A stretch of 64,000 bases of DNA, taken from positions 806,001 to 870,000 of the forward strand of contig NW_021833026.1 in assembly GCF_006345805.1 (NCBI RefSeq), written 5' to 3'. This DNA is from Octopus sinensis (lineage: Eukaryota). Shown here one piece after another: positions 13,160 through 25,407 of the stretch (the stretch's first letter is position 1; each line of letters opens with the position of its first letter). The position numbers and the translations under genes are program-made. The notes below the pieces were generated by a model. That model was not told the origin of the DNA, ran no database searches, and saw nothing but the letters and a program-made list of their open reading frames with translations.

Positions 13160-13340
13160 ATGTGGAATTACAAAATCCAGGAGGTTGAAAACTTATTCTG
13201 GTCAGTCAGTGGTTGCGAATAGCTTCGGAAATTTGTGTTGACACGACAATAAGTACGGATCTGAGGGTCGAGAATAACAAGCCGGACATCTTCGTACTCG
13301 ACAAAATAGAAACACAATCACACTTATTGAGATGCAACCC
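13160..13340 (+). mobile_element. R4/NeSL-like REL endonuclease relic
   Basis: DTTISTDLRVENNKPDIFVLDK matches the I-x-TD...N-(R/K)-PDI signature of R4-type elements. Confidence 0.55.
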
Positions 13341-13342
13341 AA

Positions 13343-14450
13343 ATGCTGGAATCTTATGATTCCTTGGTTCGGAGGTCTGCGGAGAAAATTCTCAATGTGC
13401 ATTTCGACGATATTGCCTGGTGTCAGGCTAAACTTCCTGTGAGTCACGGGGGTCTGGGCCTCCATTCTAGTATGGATTTGGCTCTTCCTGCCTTTCTTTC
13501 TTCGGCGTCTGGATCATATCTTCTTGTCCAAAAGATTCTGGAAAAAACTACTGAATCATCGTTGGACTCTGATATTGATTCGGCCCTCGCTTTTTGGAAA
13601 CGCAATTTCTCTGAAGTCCCTTCCGATGTCTTTTCTCAGCGAGACTGGGACAAAATTCTTTGCCATCGATCTTCAACTGACTTGGAACCACTCCTCGACC
13701 AACACAGACTGGCTTGTTTCCGTTCCGCCTGTCAGCCATACTCAGGCTCCTGGCTGAATGTACTCCCTTCTCCGCTTTTGGATACTGTCCTCGATAGGGA
13801 TTCACTCCGTCTGGGTATCTGTAATCGCCTTGGACTCCCTGTCTGCAGACCTCACCCATGTCGTTGTGGGGATAAAGTTGACGCCTTTGGGCTACATCCT
13901 CTGTCTTGTCAAATGAGCGCCGGCCGATTTCCTCGGCACACCGAAATCAACAATCTAACTCAGAAAGCTCTGGAAAGAGCTGGTTTCCCTTGTATTCTGG
14001 AACCGACGGGCCTTGTTCTTGAAGATGCAAAACGTCCAGACGGCTGTACGCTGTTCGCTTTTGAATCCGGGAAGCAGCTCGTTTGGGATGTCACCTGTTC
14101 CGACTCTTTCGCCAAGGGTGCCTTAAATGCTACGGCTTGTCGACCCGGTTCGTCGGCTGAGAAGGCCGAATTCGCAAAACTAACGAAATATGAGGATTTA
14201 CTCGTTCTATTTTGCTTTTGGGCAATTGCCGTCGAAACTTCCTGTGTTTTTGGGGCCAAGACGCTTGCTCATTTCAAGAAACTTGGCCGCCTGTGCACCC
14301 ACCGCTCCAGAGATCCGAGGGAATTTATATTCCTTATTCAGAGGATCTCGCTGGCTGTTTTACGCGGGAATTGTCTTTCAATCCTGCGAGCCAGTTCATA
14401 GTAGCTAGATTTTTTTTTGACGATTTCTCTTATTCAATCAAATAATATTC
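13343..14450 (+). mobile_element. 5'-truncated CRE-clade non-LTR retrotransposon (open 352-aa C-terminal frame)
   Basis: QAKLPVSHGGLGL, SGSWLNVLP, CRPHPCRCG...HPLSC...RFPRH, KRPDG, WDVTCSD, KLTKY, AVETS, QRISLAVLRGNC. Confidence 0.92.
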
Positions 14451-14689
14451 CTCTTATTGAGATTGGAATCATTTCCCGAAAAAACCTAAAGCAAGTTGAA
14501 ATGGAAAAACTTCATAAATGCGATTTGCTTGGCAGTGAACTGGGAGTAATCCACAAAGCCAAGGTAACTATAGTACCGCTTGTACTAACGTGAGGCGGTG
14601 CTAAGAGCAAATTCTACAAACATCAATTGGTCTTGAAAGACTCACACGAGATTACATCCAGTTTGTGGTCATCCGGAAAATTTTAGAAA

Positions 14690-14850
14690 GCATGCGGACA
14701 GAATATAAGCTTGGGATGTATTCACCCGAAGATCGTCAAATGACTCGGTTTGCAAAGGCAACGACGGAGGAAGCTCTCCGGACTGAGACCATAGAATCGA
14801 ACTTGATTACAACCACAAAAGTGGCCTGCTCTGTAAAACGAATAACTGTC
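14690..14850 (+). repeat. dispersed repeat of unknown origin, similar to 44060-44215
   Basis: Shared CCCGAA.ATCGTCAAATGAC.CGGTTT.CAAAGGCAACG...ACCATAGAATCG; both read HR/DRQMTRF(A/P)KAT.EE...ETIES in one frame. Confidence 0.6.
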
Positions 14851-15054
14851 CCCGTCAAAAACATTGAAGAGGAGGAGAATCGACTGAAAGCAGACGCACT
14901 AATTAAAACTAATTTTATCTGAACATTTCAACTTCTTAGTGAGAGTGCACACTAACTAGTGAACCCGGGTTACTCATATTAGTCAACTGGGTTACATGAG
15001 GACTGACAATGCATACTAAAGGGAATCAAATAAACTGTTTAATAGGAAAAGGAA

Positions 15055-16756
15055 TCAAGGGGTAATAGTCACCAAGTCCTCATTAGGACGCTTGTACACG
15101 AAAATGGAAGACTTGTTGGGGTCTTTGACAATGTGATAAAGCCCATCTTCATAGGCAGAAAACAACTTGAGAATACACTTGAGGATTGCCCAACAATTGT
15201 CGACATCGAGAGACACCTGTCGACACAACTCCCCCACATCCAGTTTGTGAGTCCCCAACACGACATGTTCAGAGGGAGACCTCATATTCCGACGGGATGC
15301 CATTCTACGCTCAGAATAGTGGCTTACCCGAACTTGACCGAGTCAAACCCCCCCAAATTAGCAGTAAGAGCCCATCGTGCGACAGAACAAGTATTGGAGG
15401 CCACACAATTCATGACGACTGATGGCTTGTGTGTCTCCATAAGATGTCTCCAATTCATTTCCTGACTCTAAAAATGACTGGAAAACACGACCGAATGCCA
15501 CTCGAGGAATGTCCTGACCAGAGAATACGATTTGTTAGAGTTTTGGGCATCCAACTGGAACCTGACGACGACGGAAGTATTCTCGTCGACGGTGAACAGT
15601 CGATAACTAGTGAGTGCTCAATATTCACTACCGATATCCTTCATCCGACGAACACGTCTACAATATGACAGGAATAGTGCCTGGCGAATCATTTGGGACA
15701 AAAACGACCACTGCACACGGAAGGACTCCTCATACAGACTCTGCACGGAATTATTCCCCGTCAACTCGAAGGGGACAGTCGTCGGGAGGTTGAATGTCTC
15801 ATCCACGGGGGTCTTGTCTAAAATAAACGTGGGGAAATACATGGATTCATCTGAGAGAACAGATAAATGACATTCTCCCATTTGAGCACTTGAATGTCCC
15901 ACGTAGATGTCGAACGAGGAGAGCACATGAGAAGACTCAATGCCAGGTCAGTGGCGAACACATTGGCTGTCTTATCCTCACTTAACTAAGCCATATCCAC
16001 ACTCAGTCTACAGTCTGAATCATTCGGTCCTCGATTATACTCCCCGGCGAGTACACTTTACTGCTCGCCCGCAGAGTCACTGGCTTCTTGCAGGTTATTC
16101 GGTCAAAGGCAGGGTCGAGGACACCCACAGTCCCCACAAACCCTCTAAAATCACGTGGAATACCAACATGTCAACAGGAGGCGGCACTTTGTGGGTCACA
16201 CTCAGTTTGGAGAGGAAGGAGAACTCCAACTCGATCATTTTGTCCCAATTGGCACCCACCTTCAGGGAGGCCTCCAATTTGGAGTAAATCTGCCGTGTTG
16301 GGGGGGACTTACTCGGCGTATTTTCACCTCGTTCTTCCTGGTGGGGACACGCTGTTTGTGGGTGTACATGTTCTTCTCCTTCGACTTTTGCTCCAATTTT
16401 GTTTTCTTGAGGTCTTTTTTGTGAATCGGGGAATGTCCGCTTGTTGTTGGGCCTCCCCCAGTGATTGAAAGTCCTTCCGAGTCTGTGTCTCAGATGTCAT
16501 TAGTTTACATATTGAGCTCGCCTCCTCATTCCTCGCTGAGTGTCCTCAGTCCCCTCAACGTGATGTGGAGTCCTCTTGTCCCCAATGTCCGCCAAGAACG
16601 AATCCGCCACCTGGCTATTTATTTATGTTTTGCCTTATAAAGTGTGTTTTTTGTGAAACACAGGTAAGGAATTGTGTCTAGATCTTCAGGGACTGAGTTG
16701 GGTCCCCAAATGTCGTTGGTTGAACATAGTTTTGGCAGAGTAAAGCTTTGGCTCAT
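15055..16756 (-). CDS. EIF3D: eukaryotic translation initiation factor 3 subunit D
   Basis: MSQSFTLP...IWGPNSVP...IPYLCFTK...YK|VADS; EASLKVGANWDKMIELEF; C-terminal HVVLGTHK...DNCWAILKCI...YHIVKDPNKSSIFVY. Confidence 0.9.
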
Positions 16757-17543
16757 TCAATGTGAGGAAAGTCACACAAGAAACAATCCAAACACGTGGT
16801 AAACTATTTTTTATATATTAAAAAAATGTTAATATCTATTTAATTGTTTTTTCTCTTACTATTTAAATAAGGCAATAAGCATTTCCAAAAGGACCGTCGT
16901 TTACTGGTTTTCTAGTTGAAAATGAAACTTAAAAATCGACTTGACCAAGGCAATTAGACCAAACAATCTTTTTTCACAATTTGATTTCCTATTGCACAAA
17001 ATAATAAGAGGGAATGTTACCCCAACATTAGGCGGCAGCATCCGACCTGTCTTGACTCGCCTGTTCGGAAATATTTTTGAGGAAACTGGATAGACCAAAA
17101 AGGGAAATTAGGTTAAATATTTGTTCCTGAATTAACGTTCTATATTTGTTGGATTGCTACCTGCAGAGTATACATTCCCAAACATTCTACTTTTCTGAAC
17201 TTTTGCCTTATCGTAAAAACAAATTTGAATACACCGTCTGAGGCAGAGTTAATTAAAATGGTCTTTTCTCGGTGGTTACAGGACACGTTTTCAGAACTCT
17301 ATCGACTTGATGTGGTACGCTGAGGCGACCTGATCGATGAGAAGTATGGAATGTCTAAAGAGATAAGGGGACAAGAGTCTCAGCCGAGGGTAAACGAGTT
17401 TTAACTCAAGAAGTGTTAGTTGATAAAGTGAATGCTCGGAATGTTAGATTATATGTCGTAGTAATAATTGCAAAAGTTTAGCCATTCAAGAGTGGAAGCG
17501 GGAATGAACAGACGACCAAATATAAATAAATTAAGTACGATTT

Positions 17544-20500
17544 AATTGTGGTGGTCCTTGTTGGTCAGAATATTAACAATCCACATTGGTCAAAAACAAC
17601 TCAAATAGTCAGTATATTTGTCAACCTATCTTATCTTTTTCTTTCATTTTATCTCTCCATCTATCATTTCCTTTTCTTTCATTTTATTTGTCCTTCTATC
17701 TCTTCCATTTCTTTATTTCATTTCTTTCTGTCCATCTTTCTTTTCTATTTCTTTTTTATACCTTTCCATCTTTCTTTTCTATTTCTTTCCTACGATGGCT
17801 ATTTGCTCTTCGTGCAAAACTAGCAACGATCGGAAGAAAGGTAGATACTGTTCTGGCTGCAACAGTTTCTTCCACCTTTCGTGTGTTCGACTTTCCAGGC
17901 GCGTTTCAGCTTCTCTCATAACCTGGAACTGCCCTGTTTGTCGTTCTTGCAGGCCGGTCCCGGCCAACTGTCCGCTGGAAATCCCTGCTGAAAGTCCATC
18001 TCCGTCAGCCGAAGATGCTTTAAGATTCATCTATTCTTCTCGCTGTAACCGCCAAATTCCGGCACGGATACCGAAGGCAGCGAGGATTCAAGCTGCTCTC
18101 TCTTTGTCCACAGCTATAAACCGCGCTTTGTCATCTAATGACCAGTCTGACTGGTTACTCCTTTTTGGTTTTGCTGTTTTCGGTATTGGGATCCAACCCT
18201 CCCGGCCCGACAGCGAGTCTAAAAAACTTTCTCCCGCATCAATTATTAAACAGCAACTCGCCCTATTCGATCATTGTACTTCTCTGTTTCCCTCCCAGTT
18301 CGATTCCCTCCACTCTGACTCTCACAAATGTGTCGCCCCTTCTGTGGTTAACACTAAAACTTCCTCCGATTGCATTTACCTCCGTCGTAAGGTGAACAGC
18401 AAGCTGTTGGATGGCGATGTCCGTGGAGCTGTCAGACTTGTTGCCTCCTCTAACCGGCTTTTGCCCCCATCTCCTCCCGTTTTGTCTAATTTGAGATCCA
18501 AGCACCCCAGTCTTCCAGTAAACTCCCGCACCCAACCCGCTATCGATACGACCGCCCTTCCGCAACTGCTGGTTACCGCTTCACAGGTCGAGAAGGCACT
18601 GAAAAGTTTTTCCCCAAGCAGTAGTGGGGGTATAGATGGGCTGAAGCCCGGACACATTAAAGACTTGACTTCACCTCTTACTGCTGAGGCAGGCCGTCTC
18701 CTCTTGGAATCTATCACCAATCTCTGTAACCGTCTTATCGGTGGTAATTTACCGGATTTTGCCCGGGCGATTTTCTTCTCGGCTAATCTCACTGCTTTGG
18801 GTAAAAAAGATAACGGGGTCAGGCCGATCGCCGTGGGTAATGTTTTCCGCAGATTGGCCGGAAAGCTCGTTTGCCACGTTGTGATCCCCGAGTTGGTCCC
18901 GAAATTTTTGCCAGTCCAATTGGGCGTCGGCGTCAGTGGAGGGTGTGAATCGGCTGCCCATGCCGTAAGAGAACTTATGGATTCTTCATTGGAATATCTT
19001 TTAGTTAAACTTGACATATCAAATGCGTTTAACACAGTGAGACGGGATCATTTGCTCGAGACCTGCCTTTCTCTCGCCCCCTCCGCCTATCCTCTGGTCC
19101 ACCTTTCGTACTCACAACCCAGCCTCCTCCTTTTTGGCGATTCCTTTATCGTCTCATCGACCGGAGTGCAACAGGGAGATCCCCTGGGGCCTTTTCTATT
19201 TGCTATGTGTGTCAACTCCGTAGCTCATTCTGTCCGCTCTCCGGTAAATATCTGGTACTTGGACGACGCGACGATTTGTGGACCTCCCCGCTATGTCTTA
19301 GACGACCTGCGGAGCATTATCCCGGCCCTTTCATCCATCGGTCTGGAGATAAACTCAAGCAAGTCCGAAGTCCTAAATCTGAATATTCCTTCCGATTTTT
19401 TTGCCGAAACTCTGGATGCCCTGGAACCTATTCTAAAAGGCGCGCGGGTATCAGAAACAAAGGACCTTGTAATCCTTGGTTCGCCAATCGGTCACGAGGC
19501 CCTCTCACAAACGCTCATCGCCAAGGCAAGCAATCTGTCAAACATGATCGAACGGCTTTCCCTCATTGATGCCCACGTCTGGTTTTTTCTTCTGCGTAAC
19601 TATTTCTCAACTCCGAGACTTTTGTACACCCTAAGGAGTTCTCCTTGTTTTCGCATGCCTAATCTGTTATCCGATATCGATTCTATCTTGAAGTCTGGAG
19701 CCGAGTATCTGTGCAACATCCATTTCGACGCTCTGGGGTGGCTTCAATCTTCCCTGCCTGTTAATCTCGGGGGGATTGGCCTTCGTTCGCCCGTTTATCT
19801 GGCTCTTCCTGCCTTCCTCTCGTCCCTGGCATCATCCCGTGCCCTCACTGACATCGTTCTCAGAAACCTTCCCGAACGAAAAATGTCAGTTGATCACGTG
19901 GCCGCTCTGGACCTTTGGGATTCTGCGTATACCAAAAGACCTGCCGACCCATCCGTCCAGGGTCAGTGGGATTCGATCACTTGTGACACTCTCTCCTCTG
20001 TCCTGCTTCAGAGTTTCGACCAGCACAGGCTGGCCTGTCTTCGTGCGGGCTGCAGTCCGGGCAGTGGGGCCTGGCTTGACGCCCTTCCCCTACCGAACAT
20101 CGGGACACTACTAGACGGCGATTGTCTCAGAGTCGCTATTTCTCTGCGTCTCGGTTTGAAGATCTGTGAAATTCACAAGTGCCGCTGTGGGGCCATGATC
20201 GACCAGTACGGACTACACCCTCTTTCCTGCAGACGCAGTGCTGGGCGGGCACCACGCCACACAGCCTTAAATGACGTTGTCTTGAGGGGTCTCAATGCTG
20301 CCGGAATTCCATCAATCCTAGAACCGGCTGGGCTTGCTAGGGGAGACGGAAAAAGACCTGACGGTCTATCCACCTTCCCCTTTGAGTTCGGCAAGTCGCT
20401 GATTTGGGACGCGACATGTTCAGATACTTTCTCTGAACCTAATCTTCCCTTGTCAGCCGTCGCAGCCGGTTCGGTGTCCCTTAGAACAGAAAAGCTTAAG

Positions 20501-20776
20501 ATTGCGAAATATAGAGAACTCTCGGAGCGATATCTATTCGCCCCTGTTGCTGTCGAGACTTCAGGGGTCATTGGGGAAAAGTCTTTGACTTTCCTCTATA
20601 AGCTCGGGCGTCTGATCTCTCTGAAGAGAAATGACACACGCGAGACGGGCTGGCTCCTTCAGAGGATTTCCCTTGCCATCGTACGAGGAAACTGTTTCTC
20701 CATCTACGAAGCGGGGAAGTCCTCTAACTAACTTTATCACATTTAATTACATTGTATCTTGTTTCAAAAAAAAAAA
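17544..20776 (+). mobile_element. full-length CRE-clade non-LTR retrotransposon
   Basis: TSD AAGTACGATTT at 17533-17543 and 20775-20785; pyrimidine-rich 5' UTR; single open ORF; short 3' UTR; poly(A) 20766-20776. Confidence 0.95.
17795..20731 (+). CDS. PHD finger + reverse transcriptase + zinc knuckle + REL endonuclease (978 aa)
   Basis: C-x2-C-x11-C-x2-C-x4-H-x2-C-...-W-x-C-x2-C at the N-terminus; RT motifs VRPIAVG, KLDISNAFN, GVQQGDPLGP, YLDD; HKCRCG...HPLSC...H; KRPDG, WDATC, AVETSG, QRISLAIVRGNC. Confidence 0.95.
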   Translation: MAICSSCKTSNDRKKGRYCSGCNSFFHLSCVRLSRRVSASLITWNCPVCRSCRPVPANCPLEIPAESPSPSAEDALRFIYSSRCNRQIPARIPKAARIQAALSLSTAINRALSSNDQSDWLLLFGFAVFGIGIQPSRPDSESKKLSPASIIKQQLALFDHCTSLFPSQFDSLHSDSHKCVAPSVVNTKTSSDCIYLRRKVNSKLLDGDVRGAVRLVASSNRLLPPSPPVLSNLRSKHPSLPVNSRTQPAIDTTALPQLLVTASQVEKALKSFSPSSSGGIDGLKPGHIKDLTSPLTAEAGRLLLESITNLCNRLIGGNLPDFARAIFFSANLTALGKKDNGVRPIAVGNVFRRLAGKLVCHVVIPELVPKFLPVQLGVGVSGGCESAAHAVRELMDSSLEYLLVKLDISNAFNTVRRDHLLETCLSLAPSAYPLVHLSYSQPSLLLFGDSFIVSSTGVQQGDPLGPFLFAMCVNSVAHSVRSPVNIWYLDDATICGPPRYVLDDLRSIIPALSSIGLEINSSKSEVLNLNIPSDFFAETLDALEPILKGARVSETKDLVILGSPIGHEALSQTLIAKASNLSNMIERLSLIDAHVWFFLLRNYFSTPRLLYTLRSSPCFRMPNLLSDIDSILKSGAEYLCNIHFDALGWLQSSLPVNLGGIGLRSPVYLALPAFLSSLASSRALTDIVLRNLPERKMSVDHVAALDLWDSAYTKRPADPSVQGQWDSITCDTLSSVLLQSFDQHRLACLRAGCSPGSGAWLDALPLPNIGTLLDGDCLRVAISLRLGLKICEIHKCRCGAMIDQYGLHPLSCRRSAGRAPRHTALNDVVLRGLNAAGIPSILEPAGLARGDGKRPDGLSTFPFEFGKSLIWDATCSDTFSEPNLPLSAVAAGSVSLRTEKLKIAKYRELSERYLFAPVAVETSGVIGEKSLTFLYKLGRLISLKRNDTRETGWLLQRISLAIVRGNCFSIYEAGKSSN

Positions 20777-21624
20777 GTACGATTTTATTATGCACTTGAT
20801 CCGACTGAGTTCATCTCAGTTAGGCCACCCAAAATATTTTCATCGCAACTTCTTAACACGTCGGCCTAGACATGTCTGAAATATATCTACCAAAGAGTAG
20901 GGAGAAAGTTGTATTTGTTTGTCTCAGATTCCTCGTCATGTCAATTCTCAAGCTCGAGATTAGTCTATTTTGTAACCCAGAAAGGTCACTTGGTCTGCAT
21001 TTGAGTTGGGTGTTTAGAACTATATTTTCATAGCAAGAATTGGCAAATCGCAAAATTAGACAGTGTCTCAACGCAAAATTGAATCGTATTTCTGAAAGTC
21101 GTCATAAATTAGCACATTTGGTAATTAAATGAACCAGTGGCAAGAAAAGAGAACCGTAGTGTGTCTTAAATTTGGATCTTATTTGACTGCTTTAATAAAT
21201 TTAATATATCAAAAAATTAAAAATGCTTCCGTAAACATCTAAGAAATGATTTTCTCAATTCCTGATCAAATACATAATTGAGATACGCTAAATTGTCGAA
21301 ATATTCCACTTGATTGTTTAAAAATGAGTCCCGTCGTTCATAGTCTATATTGGTAGTCAAAATTTAACATATAAGGATCACAAAGACAAAGTTGATTGGC
21401 TATTTTGAATGCATTGGTCTGCTTTATGGAAAATTGGAAAATATGACACAAAATTGTTGAATTAAATCTACTAAACAGGATTATTCTTAACTGGATGCAA
21501 ATAAAACAGGTCACTGTTGTTGTCAAATAATAAGGAAATTACTATTTTTTAGAATTTTTATTTAGACATTTTATTTCACTTTACACTCACTATATGATTA
21601 CAATCGTCAAAGCAACAATCAAAA

Positions 21625-23507
21625 ATGTCTGGTTGTTTTTTCTTTAATATATCCACAGATGTCATGTCCGCCAAAAGTCTCGATTTGTGCCTCCAATGCC
21701 TGTCATCCGATTTGGTCGACCTTGACAATTCGGTCAAGGAAATTGCCAGTCGCTGTCCCGACTCCACAGAACACATTTCCTGGAAATTCCCAAACCTCAA
21801 ATCTCACCGCATTGACGTCTCAGCCCACGTGGACAGAACATTGGAAACATGCCAAGAAAAACTAAATCATTACATCCTTCTCCTCGAACTGGCAATTGAC
21901 CGGTTCACAGCAAATTTGACGATTCAGATTTGTTTATTTAATTAATCTGCTCACTGGGCACTTGGGCGGCCTCATCAAAGGAGATCAAAGTCCTCGACCG
22001 CCGGTCTTCACTTCGATTGGCCTCGTAGTCAAGAAGTACTGGGCACTCCTGGTCTTTCTAAACAACTACTTTGATCATGTCAACTCGCAGGTTCCTGGCT
22101 CCCGCATTCCTCCAGAGACTGACTTTCGCTAGGAGAATCAGTCAATTGGAGGATTCCGTCCAATGTCCTCAGACATCAAAACGTGAAAGCCAGGATGGAA
22201 TAGCCGCGGAATACTCCGTGAAGGCATCCCAGACAAACGAGACCAGTTTTGTCCCTTGTGAGGGGTGTCATCAAGTGGACTTGTGCGTCAAATCAGTTTG
22301 CATGTCTCTTCTCATAAAATAGCTGGCAAATGAAATCGTCGAATTCTACGACAAAACAGAACGTGAGTCTCTGCTAAAACAAGTCCTTGATTCTCCCCAA
22401 AAAGACCCCTCGGAAACAATTTCAATTCTGAGTGGAATGAGTGACGACATTTCAACTTTATTTTCACTTTTTCTGGACACCAAGTCGAAGGAAATGAGTC
22501 TGGCCAGACTGGTGAAAGGGAAGGAGGCCAATCACAGTTCTCAGAAAATCTCATTTGAGCACAAAATTGTCGAGTTGGAGGCACAGATCAAAGCAAAGGA
22601 GAGTCTAGAAGTGCAATTTGAGGCGGAACAGGCCAGATTGAGCTTGAAAATCGAACAACTGGAAGGAAAAGTAGTCGCTCTGCAGTCGGAAATTAATGAA
22701 AAAAATAAAAAACTAGAAAATATTTCAAATGAAATGAGCAAACTCAAAGTGGCCGACGAGGAGTGCAGTTTGGCCTAGTTTGGTGACATTTAGAGGCACA
22801 AAACTCTGATTTGAGGCAAAGATTGGAAGCCAGTGAGGAATATTCAAGCAAAAGAGACAACGAGTTTTTACAAGTCGAACAAAAATGCAAAGATTTGGCT
22901 TGTTCGGTGGAAAAGGAGAGAACTTTAAAATGCTCTTTTGAGTCCTGCCTGAAGGTGGAATTGTCTTGATATGCCTGTAGACAGTCCAGGACAAGCAAAT
23001 GGGGTTGTTGGACAGAATTGAGGCTTTGAGTGAGAAATGCCATGCCCTCGAGCAGGAGAACCTCGAACTGGCAGAAAAATGTCAACTGGCAGAGAATCAG
23101 GGACTAGCTAAGGACAAGTTGTTGTTCAACATGACACAGGAGAAGATCAATGTTGGATTACAGTTTAACCTCAGGCGGAAATGTCGGCACGTGCTTTGAA
23201 GTGTGAGAATGAACACAGTTCGGCACTCATCAAAGAGAATGAGGAATTGAAAAAAATAGCGTACGATAATTCAGAACAATTGAAGCGTGCAACGAAACAA
23301 TGCGGAGAATTGAATGAAAGGGTGAATCTGCTGTTACACTATCCTGATTTGAATGGGCCAACTGAGGTGTCGGGGATGGGGAATGTGCAGGAGGATATGG
23401 AGAATCAGATTCGGTCAAACGAGTTGAGAGTCCAGCTTTTAGAACAACAGAACAAAAAAATGAGGAATTCTGTGGCAAAAATGATTCAAAGCAAAAATCT
23501 TATTTAA
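21625..23507 (+). CDS. CCDC157: coiled-coil domain-containing protein 157
   Basis: N-terminal CLSSDLVDLDNSVKEIASR...SWKFP...LLLELAIDR; C-terminal LLHYPDL...DMENQIRSNELRVQLLEQQN; ATG TCT G followed by a 27-nt intron. Confidence 0.8.
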
Positions 23508-23606
23508 TGGATATATTTAATACTTGTAAAAATATATTCATTTTTAAAGATTAAGAATTAATTAAAATTAGAATTTAAATGTGCAATAAATGTTACACGT
23601 TTACTT

Positions 23607-24460
23607 ATGGTATCGAAGTTGGTCAAACAAAAAACAAAGAAAAATACTGAAAAAGTTGAAATTACGGAAACAGAGGATATAAATTCAAATTGGAAAAAAC
23701 TAAAAAAGGTCAAATTGAGACAAAACATTTACAGGAATTAAGTTCCAACACCACAAAAACTAAAAAGAAGAATAAAACCAAATCCACCCACAAAATCACA
23801 CAAATCAAACCTCAAAGCCCAACAACTGCTGCACTCCCTCAAGAAGTTCCCCGGAAAGTCTCAAACCTGACAAAACTAGTCGGCCTCGACTGTGAAATGG
23901 TGGGAGTCGGCCTGGAAGGGAGAGAGGATGCCCTCGCCCGCGTTTCTCTGGTCAATTCTCACGGAATCTGCATCTTTGACCGATATCTACAAATCCCCGA
24001 AGAAGTGGCCAACTACCGAACCCACGTGTCCGGCATCCGCCCCTCCGACATTGCCTGCGGTGGTCTCTCTTATATATTCGTAGGATGGGACTTTAATGAC
24101 GTGATGGCCGATGTGCACTGTTTGGTGAAGGATCGGATAATTGTGGGCCACGATTTGCGGAAGGACTTTAAGGTAGGTTATATTGGGGAGGATAGTTGCT
24201 GTACATTTCACATTCCAAGAGATATGTGCGTGATACGTCCACGTTTTATGTGTTTAAGCAAATGTTTGGGGGACGGAGGCCGTCGTTGAAGAAGTTGAGT
24301 AAACAACTGCTTGATTTGGACGTTCAGATGGGGGAACATGACTCGGTAGTGTTTGTGGGTGATTGAGGTGGCGGATGCGGCGGCGGCCATGAGGTTGTAC
24401 AAACTGTACAGGACTCAGTGGGAGGAACATGTCCGCAAGGCTTTCGGGCCGGCAAAGTGA
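23607..24460 (+). CDS. REXO4: RNA exonuclease 4 (DEDDh)
   Basis: NSNWKKL; VGLDCEMVGVG...LARVSLVN...YRTHVSGI...RIIVGHDLRKDFK; RDMCVIRP...SLKKLSKQLL...QMGEHDS; AAMRLY. Confidence 0.9.
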
Positions 24461-25026
24461 TTTATTCTGTGTGAATATATTTTCTTTTTATATATGCTCA
24501 CTGTATTATATATGCTACAGGGGATTGGGTCAAACATTGTTTCACTAAAAATTGTTTTTAGTTTATTAGCCGGTTTGAGAACAAGTTTATAAATTACTGG
24601 AGATAACTTGAAATTAAGTTTTCTGTGGCAATCCAAAGCAATTCCATTCGCGATCGAATTTTCAATAACCAACAAAAAGTACTTTTTTCCGGATTGTATA
24701 TTCAACAAACGATTTTTAGCATATAAACAAATTTTGTTGAAATTAAAAATATTTTCGAGAGTAACAATTCATTAGCCATTCATTCGATGCTCTTAAGTTT
24801 GTAAAGTTCATATTAATGAGAGACATATTTGCAATATTGTCCCATTGTAAATTTATAAGAAAAAGCATTTTTATTTTTCTTCACTGTAAGTACCATACAA
24901 CAATTCAGTAAAAAGTACTAATTTTTATAACAAGAAAAGCAGGAACTATAATATTGAGATCAGAATTGTTGAAAAGCGTCATTAACTTTACATTATTATT
25001 ATTAATAAGCACACCGCAAAATAACG

Positions 25027-25407
25027 TTAGTAAAGATATCTCGCTTGTGCCACCCTCTCCTGGATGCGTTTTGTTAATCGCTTCCCTCTGTTCCTCGATA
25101 GTTCTCTCAAGTGCTCAAGATTGTCTGCTGATTTCAGCCTTTTTCCAATCAAACTTAGGTTTTGGTGCAGGAGGGTTGGTAGAGTGATTCGTGGTCTTCC
25201 TCGGAAGTTTGTTCCCGGGTGGGGGGCGTAGTGGTGTTCCATTGCGAGATTTGCAGTTTTCCTGTCCATTCTTAGGATGTGACCGAATAAGCCCAATCTA
25301 TTACTTCTTATTTCTTCGTCCAACGGGTGTGCATTGTACCTGGAGTAGAGATGTTTGTTTGAAATTCGTTTTGGCCAAAAGATTCCTAGGATGTATTTTA
25401 GCTGCAT
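25027..25407 (-). mobile_element. RTE-clade LINE 3' fragment
   Basis: ILGIFWPKRISNKHLY...IRSNRLGLFGHILRM...RGRPRITL. Confidence 0.8.

Noticed and set aside
17500-17620. HDV-like or hammerhead ribozyme at the 5' end of the full-length CRE element
   Set aside because: No nested pseudoknot or CUGANGA/GAAA core could be built by eye; a covariance-model scan would be needed.
17548-17921. Phe/Leu/Ser-rich ORFs and the hydrophobic N-terminal extension of the 1037-aa ORF as membrane proteins
   Set aside because: They are translations of the pyrimidine-rich 5' UTR; the first ATG before the PHD is 17795.
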